From Bacteroidales bacterium (GTDB taxonomy: Bacteria; Bacteroidota; Bacteroidia; Bacteroidales; P3): a stretch of DNA of 64,000 nucleotides. The position numbers were made by a program, and so were the translations under genes. Positions 1 to 6,172 of this stretch are shown one piece after another; the first letter of the stretch is position 1; every line of letters begins with the position of its first letter. Below the pieces are notes generated by a model. It did not search any database. It was not told where the DNA came from and saw only the letters and a program-made list of their open reading frames with translations. The stretch covers positions 1,985-65,984 of the forward strand of contig JAZLLD010000055.1 of assembly GCA_045597945.1 (NCBI GenBank). Reading direction: 5' to 3'.

Positions 1-72
1 GGGCCTCTGCAATAAAATAATAAGGTATAATACTAAATAGAAAATCAAAACAACTAAACAAATAACACAACA

Positions 73-1296
73 ATGAAAAAAATCGCTTTAATGTTGACTC
101 TCGCAGTCATCGGTTACGCAGTAAGCGCACAGTCGTTGAACGTGTCTAGTGCTCGTGAAGCTCAGAATCGCGGTTACTACGACAAAGCCAAAAAACTCAT
201 TGACGCTGCTTGCGAACACGAGCAGACCAAGAACGATGCCAAAACCTGGTACTATGCAGGTCTTATCTACAGCCAGATTGGTGGCGAGCAGGAGAAACCC
301 AGATCCAAGTACAAAGACCTCGATCCCGAGTGGCTGACCAAATGTAAAGATGCAGCACTCCGTTGCAAAGAACTCGATACCGATAAAGAATACGCCGAAG
401 GTAACAATGCCATCCTCAACTACGTCGGTAACGGTTACTACAAAAAAGCCCTCGATTCCTTCCAGGCTCAAAACTGGGACGAATGCATGGCTCTTGGCGA
501 AGAAGCCATCAAGATCTTCAACCAGACCGGCAGCAAGGAATTCGCTTCTCAGAGCTACATCCTCGTTGGTAAAGCCGCTATGAACGCCCACAACACCGAG
601 GCTGTCAACAAATACTTCTCCACCCTCATCCGCTATCGCACCAAAGAAGAACTGGTCTACAACACCCTCTTCAGAAACTACAAAGCCGCTGGCGATACCA
701 ACGCAGCTATCGATGTTGCTCAGAAATATGCCAAGAACTGCCCCGAAGACTTCCACTCCAACATGATGCTGGCCGAAGCCTACATGCTGAAAGGCAACAT
801 GGAGCAGGGCAATGCCGAAATCCAGAAAGCTCTTGACAAGACCAAAGACCAACCCGAACTCCATGCTAACCTCTTGGCAGCTGCAGGTGCTACCTACGAG
901 AGTGTCAACGACTTCGCCAACGCAGAATCTCGCTACGTCGAGTCCCTCAACACTCTGCCCAACCAGTTCCTCGCAAACTTCGGTCTTGGCAAAATGCTCT
1001 ACAACCGCGCTGTTGACAAACTGACTGAAGCTAACAATGTTCCCCCAGACGATGAGACCGGCCTCTACGACAAATTCCTCGACGAGTCCAAAGACTTCTT
1101 CCGCCAGTCCATCCCTTACTTCACCAACGCAATTGCCTTCATCGACAACCTCAGTGCTGAAGGCCAGGGTGCACAGCGTCAGAACCTCTTCAACTGCCTC
1201 AACGCATTGAACACCGTTTACGCACGTCTTGAGATGTATGACGAACTCAAACCCATCAAGGCTCGCATCGAAGAGCTCACCAAGGCTGCTCACTAA
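73..1296 (+). CDS. secreted TPR-like helical repeat protein (hypothetical)
   Basis: 407-aa ORF with ATG at 73. N-terminal signal peptide MKKIALMLTLAVIGYAVSAQS. Helical repeat-like composition. A hairpin terminator follows. Family not recognised. Confidence 0.6.
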   Translation: MKKIALMLTLAVIGYAVSAQSLNVSSAREAQNRGYYDKAKKLIDAACEHEQTKNDAKTWYYAGLIYSQIGGEQEKPRSKYKDLDPEWLTKCKDAALRCKELDTDKEYAEGNNAILNYVGNGYYKKALDSFQAQNWDECMALGEEAIKIFNQTGSKEFASQSYILVGKAAMNAHNTEAVNKYFSTLIRYRTKEELVYNTLFRNYKAAGDTNAAIDVAQKYAKNCPEDFHSNMMLAEAYMLKGNMEQGNAEIQKALDKTKDQPELHANLLAAAGATYESVNDFANAESRYVESLNTLPNQFLANFGLGKMLYNRAVDKLTEANNVPPDDETGLYDKFLDESKDFFRQSIPYFTNAIAFIDNLSAEGQGAQRQNLFNCLNALNTVYARLEMYDELKPIKARIEELTKAAH

Positions 1297-1320
1297 TCGA
1301 CCTTTTTAAAATCTAATAAT

Positions 1321-1360
1321 AAGGCCGCCCATCATCGGGCGGCCTTATCATTTTCGTTTT
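1321..1360 (+). terminator. rho-independent terminator of the 73-1296 gene
   Basis: 10-bp GC-rich stem aaggccgccc (1321-1330) / gggcggcctt (1337-1346), 6-nt loop, T-rich tail. Confidence 0.6.
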
Positions 1361-1763
1361 AAGCCCATCAAAAGCGAATATAACAGAAACTAGACTCAAA
1401 ATATTCCATACAGAAAATACCACTACTTAACATAACGTAAATACTCGTAAACAAGAATCTGCGAAATAACAACCTCACGAGAATCGCTTAAACACTACAA
1501 GCCTGAGTCGTTGACTTGAATATCAAAAACTGGAGACAACTGAAATACTACACAAACAAGACGGCAAACCCGAGGTAATGCATGTTGAAGATAAGGAATT
1601 TTCTAGTTTGATTTAGAACTGTTTTTCAATGATTCAACAGCGGCAGCCCTAGATCATTTCACTCAAAATATTATTATGGCAATGTCGCCACCAAAAAACA
1701 CTCAAAAAATTCTCATCTAAAACTGTTAATAATGGCTCTAGTCCTTGGCGTGGTTCTAATTTT

Positions 1764-1962
1764 GGATTTTACATTTTACATTTATTGCTATCCGGCTTGT
1801 TTTCAGCATAATACGAATGAGAAAATGTAAAATTTACATTTTTGGATAACAAGACAAAATAAAGTTAAAATGTAAAATGTGTATTACATGTAAAATTTAC
1901 AAAATCAGCATGAAATCAATTGATAACTAGCTATTTGACGCAAAATGTAAAATGTAAAATCC
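1764..1962. repeat. inverted-repeat element built from TGTAAAAT words
   Basis: Perfect 20-bp inverted repeat ggattttacattttacattt (1764-1783) / aaatgtaaaatgtaaaatcc (1943-1962). Internal palindrome 1822-1842. Eight exact copies of TGTAAAAT/ATTTTACA between 1766 and 2016. Confidence 0.7.
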
Positions 1963-2059
1963 ATTTTTAAACATTACCTGACCCAATCCCACAGTTTTTA
2001 CTGAGGGCATTTTACATTTCCATGCAGTCCACAAATTCGACTTTTGCACCTCCACTTCA

Positions 2060-2134
2060 CCCTCGCTCTACCTTCGCTCTGCCTTCGCTCCTATGGACGG
2101 GTCTAGAACGGGTCTTCAACGGGCCTTCAACGGG
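2060..2134. repeat. two adjacent degenerate 11-bp tandem arrays
   Basis: First array: ccctcgctcta / ccttcgctctg / ccttcgctcct (2060-2092). Second array: tctagaacggg / tcttcaacggg / ccttcaacggg (2102-2134), preceded by atggacggg. Confidence 0.65.
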
Positions 2135-2165
2135 AGTGAAATGAAACCAAATTTTTCGGCAATCA

Positions 2166-2495
2166 CTAAATTTCCGTGTATTTCTTTGCCGATCCTTTGG
2201 CTTTATCCACTGGATATTTTTCGGCATTTCGAGCAATCTTGGCCAGACAAATGTCCTTGACATCCAGATTGTATTTCATGGCAATGTGGAACGCATAATT
2301 AAAAACATCGGCCAATTCCTCCTTCACCTTATCCAGGTCCACATCCTCGGCCGACTTCCACAAAAAAGCCTCATTCAGTTCGGCGGCCTCGATACTCAAG
2401 GCCAACGCCAAATTCTTGCCATCATGGAACTGTTCCCAATCTCGCTCATCCGTAAAACGGCGCAAAGCTGCCATAACCTCTTCAATCTCAGTCAT
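2166..2495 (-). CDS. MazG-like nucleotide pyrophosphohydrolase (all-alpha NTP-PPase)
   Basis: 109 aa. The pattern RRFTDERDWEQFH...NLALALSIEAAELNE...EELADVFNY is typical of small MazG/dCTP-pyrophosphatase-like proteins. ATG at 2495. Own TAnnTTTG box at 2553-2560. Confidence 0.75.
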   Translation of the reverse strand: MTEIEEVMAALRRFTDERDWEQFHDGKNLALALSIEAAELNEAFLWKSAEDVDLDKVKEELADVFNYAFHIAMKYNLDVKDICLAKIARNAEKYPVDKAKGSAKKYTEI

Positions 2496-2552
2496 AATAC
2501 TAAATACTAAATTTACGATTATCCTTAAATCCTGCTATTTAATTTGTTTCTG

Positions 2553-2560
2553 CAAAAATA
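2553..2560 (-). promoter_or_regulatory. Bacteroidetes -7 box (TAttTTTG) for the MazG-like gene
   Basis: Plus strand caaaaata equals minus strand tatttttg, about 58 nt upstream of the ATG at 2495. Confidence 0.4.
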
Positions 2561-2660
2561 CGAAAAGTAAATGAACTACCAAAATCAAAAAACATTTTTT
2601 AAGAAATTTTCTTCTTTATTATGAAACTGCTGAAAACAAATTTTATAGATTACCGATATA

Positions 2661-3893
2661 TTATTCCAAACCAATCGATTTCTTCTTATTCAAATGCTCC
2701 AGAACCTTTCCAAGATGATATTCAACTACTTTGTTTTCAGCATCATAAACAATATCTGTTATTTGGATTAGCGCGGTTTCTCTATCCGTTGCATATCCCA
2801 CCCCCAGGCGCAAAATATCGTATGGTCGCAAATATCGCTTGCCATCAGCCGGGTCTAAATATGTATATCTGCTAATTGTGGTTTGTTTCAATTCTCTGTA
2901 TTCCACCTTCTTCTCTCCGCTGATAATTGCATCAAAATACACCCTTTCAATCGGCAATGTTAAAACCTTGAATCCTGTCAAATCGAAAGACGACCTCTCC
3001 CCTATTACAACACGTTCCAAACACTGCAATTTGCTGTTATACATATAGTTCACTATACTCCTATCCACAATCTTCTTCACAATCAAGTTTATCACCTTCA
3101 GCGGCACCACATACCATTCCTTAGGTTCATGCTCCACACCTTTCGTGTCCTTAACTCTTACATGAAATCTAGCTTCCTCTAACACCTGATGTATCAGATT
3201 TTCAAGCGTATGCGAATTCATATTCACCACCTTATATGTAGCCACAACCTCCACACCAGCCATCAGATATGTAGGATCATTCTCAGCATTGGCAATCCTT
3301 TCCTCCACAGTATTGGTAGTAAATCCTATCTTATATAAATCTGCCTGACTAGCAATGGCCGCATCTTCCGACAGCGATTTCAGCACATATATGTACCCCG
3401 TAATCTCGTCACTTTTTGTCAATTCAGAATTCTTTGTAAGCGAATCGCTTTGCTCTTCTTCTGTCTGGGTAATAATATAGCCGTTCAGCGACACATTCTT
3501 TCTCAGTGTCGACAAATATTCATCTTGCTCTGTTCCATTCTCATAAATACACCGTGTCCTAGCATTTCGCATACCATTCGAACCTTTTGAATACTCGCCT
3601 ATTCGTTCCAAATAAACAATAGTTCCGTCAACCACATAGAAATTGCCCTCTGAGAAATTCTCCGATTTTCCCGACTTCAGCAAAATGCGCTTCCCATCCT
3701 TCAGCTCCTGCCTTACTTTGGCAAACAAAGGCTCATAATCCTCAAAGTTCTCACAACGAACTCTTTGTGCCACATGGTCAGCCTTCTTTTTTGCCGACTT
3801 AGCCTTCTGCATATCTTCCGGAACATCAAATAGGCTAGCCATAGTTTCGTCTATTTCCAATAGCGGATCGTTCAAAATGTCGTCTAGATTCAT
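2661..3893 (-). CDS. T5orf172/Mug113 (GIY-YIG superfamily) domain protein with C-terminal ASCH/PUA-like domain
   Basis: 410 aa. Central block GYIYVLKS...LYKIGFTTNTVEERIANAE...EWYVVPL matches the T5orf172 signature. The C-terminal VYFDAIISGEKKVEYRELK...YDILRLGVGY resembles ASCH/DUF3850-type PUA-like folds. ATG lies 2 nt after the upstream stop. Confidence 0.7.
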   Translation of the reverse strand: MNLDDILNDPLLEIDETMASLFDVPEDMQKAKSAKKKADHVAQRVRCENFEDYEPLFAKVRQELKDGKRILLKSGKSENFSEGNFYVVDGTIVYLERIGEYSKGSNGMRNARTRCIYENGTEQDEYLSTLRKNVSLNGYIITQTEEEQSDSLTKNSELTKSDEITGYIYVLKSLSEDAAIASQADLYKIGFTTNTVEERIANAENDPTYLMAGVEVVATYKVVNMNSHTLENLIHQVLEEARFHVRVKDTKGVEHEPKEWYVVPLKVINLIVKKIVDRSIVNYMYNSKLQCLERVVIGERSSFDLTGFKVLTLPIERVYFDAIISGEKKVEYRELKQTTISRYTYLDPADGKRYLRPYDILRLGVGYATDRETALIQITDIVYDAENKVVEYHLGKVLEHLNKKKSIGLE

Positions 3894-3895
3894 AT

Positions 3896-4150
3896 CTACA
3901 AAATATTACTCGTGTCGTAAGGTTCCAACAATTCTTTTTCTTTGCGCAAAGCCGCCAATGCTCTGCACAGCATCTTCTCAGCCAAGTCGCCGTTGGCTTG
4001 TGGCTCTCTTCCATGCGCTGCAATCCAGTCTGCCACCTCCTGCAACTTCTGCACCTTGCGGTCGTCAGCCGTCATCGGTTGCGGCTTCAACTTCACATCC
4101 GCCAGCAGCGGATCGTCAAATATTTCCAACAATTCTTTCGGCCAATCCAT
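3896..4150 (-). CDS. small hypothetical protein (84 aa) of the MTase-helicase operon
   Basis: Its ATG (4148-4150) overlaps the helicase stop (4150-4152) as TAATG. It shares an N-terminal (I/L)x(D/N)DPLL motif with the next protein. Family not recognised. Confidence 0.5.
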   Translation of the reverse strand: MDWPKELLEIFDDPLLADVKLKPQPMTADDRKVQKLQEVADWIAAHGREPQANGDLAEKMLCRALAALRKEKELLEPYDTSNIL

Positions 4151-6168
4151 TACAATTCATCATTATAGTCCAACCCCTTCAATCTTCTCAACTTCAAGTT
4201 TACAAGTTTCTGGAAGGCTGCCGCCAACTCCCTCACCTTGGGGTCGGGGTCGTCAGCCGATGGCTTTTGGCCATCATGCTCTTCCAAATATTTCTTATAA
4301 GGTCCTTGAAACAACATCACGGCCTGCTCCATCGTCATATCTATCTTCATCTCTGCCAAGGTGTCCTGAATCACTCTCAGCACCTCGGCATCCACATTCT
4401 TCGACACAATCTCGTATGCCCGCTGGAATGGATTGATAGACTCTATCAAGTTGATATGCAGCTTGCTCAAGTCAATCATTCGGTTCGTCAGTTTCAGGAA
4501 TCTGTTGCCTTCGCTTTCCGTGTCCTCGCCATTACCAAATTTGCTCACATCAATGGCATTGCCGTCCTTATCCACCACCTCATTGCTCTTGAACAGAATA
4601 TTCAGCATTGTCCTATGCGACACGGCTTCCACATCATCATCCGTCAGCTCAGGGTATGTCTCCCTCACAATCTTAGGAATCAACACCTTAGTTATCGTCT
4701 CTGCGGTAGTGTTCCCACTGATGGCCTTCTGTATATGCACATCCTGCAATATTGTAGCCGTCAGGTCATCCAGTTGCTCATCCACAATTTGCTTAGCCTT
4801 CACGCTTCCCAGCGGCTTCAATCCTTCAACCACTACCGTCCTTACCACGTCCATACCTTCCAGCACCTTAATACCTTCTAGCTTAGTATGGAAATGCCAC
4901 TGTGGTGCCATCACTTGCTCCATAAGCAGCGACGCTGTGATAGCTTTCAAAAAGTCGTTCACCGCCACCTTCACATCCGGCTGTTCGGCATCAGGCATGG
5001 CAATCATATTCACAAACCTTGCTGTGCTCTTGCCTTCGCAGTCGCGTGTGCACCTTCCGATAATCTGCACAATCTCTGTCAGCGAACCCCTCACGCCTAT
5101 GGTCAGACACATCTCACACCATGCCCAGTCGAAACCCTCTTTGGCAGTTCCTAGGGCAATAATGATGTCCATGTCCTCAGCCCGGGTCATGTTTTGCAGA
5201 TAGCCATACACATGATTCCTCACCTCTGGCGCATCTTCCACCAAGTCAGCCACTTTCAGCACCCTGCCGTCAGGTGTTCGCATCTCGTAAATACCATTAT
5301 CCCTCCTCACCTCCGTACCTATATAGGCCATAATGTCGGCCACCTCTTGATATTTCGACCCCGTGCTGGCTCGGCTATTCACACTCGGAATATGGATGAT
5401 AGTCTTCTTCGTAGTGTCAAGCACCTCGCCTATATGGTCCAAATACGAACCCGAATAGAAATGATAGCCCAAAACCAAGTTTTTCAAATATTTATAGCCG
5501 TTCAACTGCTGATAGTAGTTGTATGTCACCGGGGTAAATCTGGCCTCGTCCTCTGCCCGCAGCACAGGCACACCGTCGCCTCGGAAATACGAACCAGTCA
5601 TGGCCACGATATGCGCCGTCGAATTGTTCATCACCCTTCTCACAATCTCGCCCAATCCGCTTTCAGCATCGGCACTCGTGTGGTGGAACTCATCTATGGC
5701 CAATAAACAGTTGTCAAACCGATTATCGTCTATCATCTTCATACCGTTGCGCAGCGTGGCATGAGCGCATATCAAAATCCTCTCTTGGCAATCATCGCGC
5801 ATAAACTCGCAGAATCGGCCGGCCTTGTCGGTCTCATTCTCTACATCGCATAGATTAAAGTATGGCTTCACTTTCCAATCGTCAAAGAAGCCAAAATCTG
5901 TTAGTTGCGTATCTTTAAACGAGCGACCAATACTCTTTTCCGGCACAGCCACCACCACCTTTTTCAGCCCCTGATTTCTCAGCTTGTCCAAAGCTATAAA
6001 CATCAGTGCGCGACTCTTGCCGCTGGCGGGGGGCGCTTTGATTAGCAGAAAACGTTCGTTGCGCTGGGCGTAGGCCTTGGCCTGCATCTCGCGCATACCC
6101 AGTTCGTTGGTCAAACTGCTGCTCCCTTTTTGCGAATAGTTCACTTGTATAGTCAGATTATCTTTCAT
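4150..6168 (-). CDS. SF2 (DEAD/DEAH, Res-like) helicase/ATPase
   Basis: 672 aa. Walker A APPASGKS, motif II DEFHH, motif III MTGS, motif VI QIIGRCTRD. The about 230-aa C-terminal region is unassigned. No nuclease motif seen by eye. Confidence 0.85.
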   Translation of the reverse strand: MKDNLTIQVNYSQKGSSSLTNELGMREMQAKAYAQRNERFLLIKAPPASGKSRALMFIALDKLRNQGLKKVVVAVPEKSIGRSFKDTQLTDFGFFDDWKVKPYFNLCDVENETDKAGRFCEFMRDDCQERILICAHATLRNGMKMIDDNRFDNCLLAIDEFHHTSADAESGLGEIVRRVMNNSTAHIVAMTGSYFRGDGVPVLRAEDEARFTPVTYNYYQQLNGYKYLKNLVLGYHFYSGSYLDHIGEVLDTTKKTIIHIPSVNSRASTGSKYQEVADIMAYIGTEVRRDNGIYEMRTPDGRVLKVADLVEDAPEVRNHVYGYLQNMTRAEDMDIIIALGTAKEGFDWAWCEMCLTIGVRGSLTEIVQIIGRCTRDCEGKSTARFVNMIAMPDAEQPDVKVAVNDFLKAITASLLMEQVMAPQWHFHTKLEGIKVLEGMDVVRTVVVEGLKPLGSVKAKQIVDEQLDDLTATILQDVHIQKAISGNTTAETITKVLIPKIVRETYPELTDDDVEAVSHRTMLNILFKSNEVVDKDGNAIDVSKFGNGEDTESEGNRFLKLTNRMIDLSKLHINLIESINPFQRAYEIVSKNVDAEVLRVIQDTLAEMKIDMTMEQAVMLFQGPYKKYLEEHDGQKPSADDPDPKVRELAAAFQKLVNLKLRRLKGLDYNDEL

Positions 6169-6172
6169 AATA

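Noticed and set aside
88-1293. 401-aa ORF antisense to the full length of the TPR-like gene. Similar gene-length antisense or alternative-frame ORFs occur at 10426-11412, 18290-19246, 21435-22778, 37336-38673, 38674-39363, 42549-43685, 44811-46160, 48359-49474 and 49555-50496.
   Set aside because: Each exactly shadows a gene with clear family motifs on the other strand. Their translations are low-complexity (V/G/A/L/H-rich) with no recognisable motifs. This is the typical stop-codon-poor antisense frame of codon-biased genes.
1745-2020. CRISPR-like array, considered because of regularly recurring short repeats (also at 9460-9960 and 16926-17024).
   Set aside because: The repeats are 6-11 bp words in both orientations without unique spacers of 25-40 bp. 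There are no cas genes in the window.
2057-2263. 68-aa minus-strand ORF overlapping the 3' end of the MazG gene and the 11-bp tandem arrays.
   Set aside because: It overlaps the MazG coding sequence in another frame. Its C-terminal part is just the translation of the tandem repeats.
3877-5203. Long plus-strand ORFs (334 aa, 164 aa, 256 aa) across the helicase / 84-aa gene region.
   Set aside because: They overlap the well-supported minus-strand helicase. The translations are S/L/P/H-rich and repetitive with no motifs.
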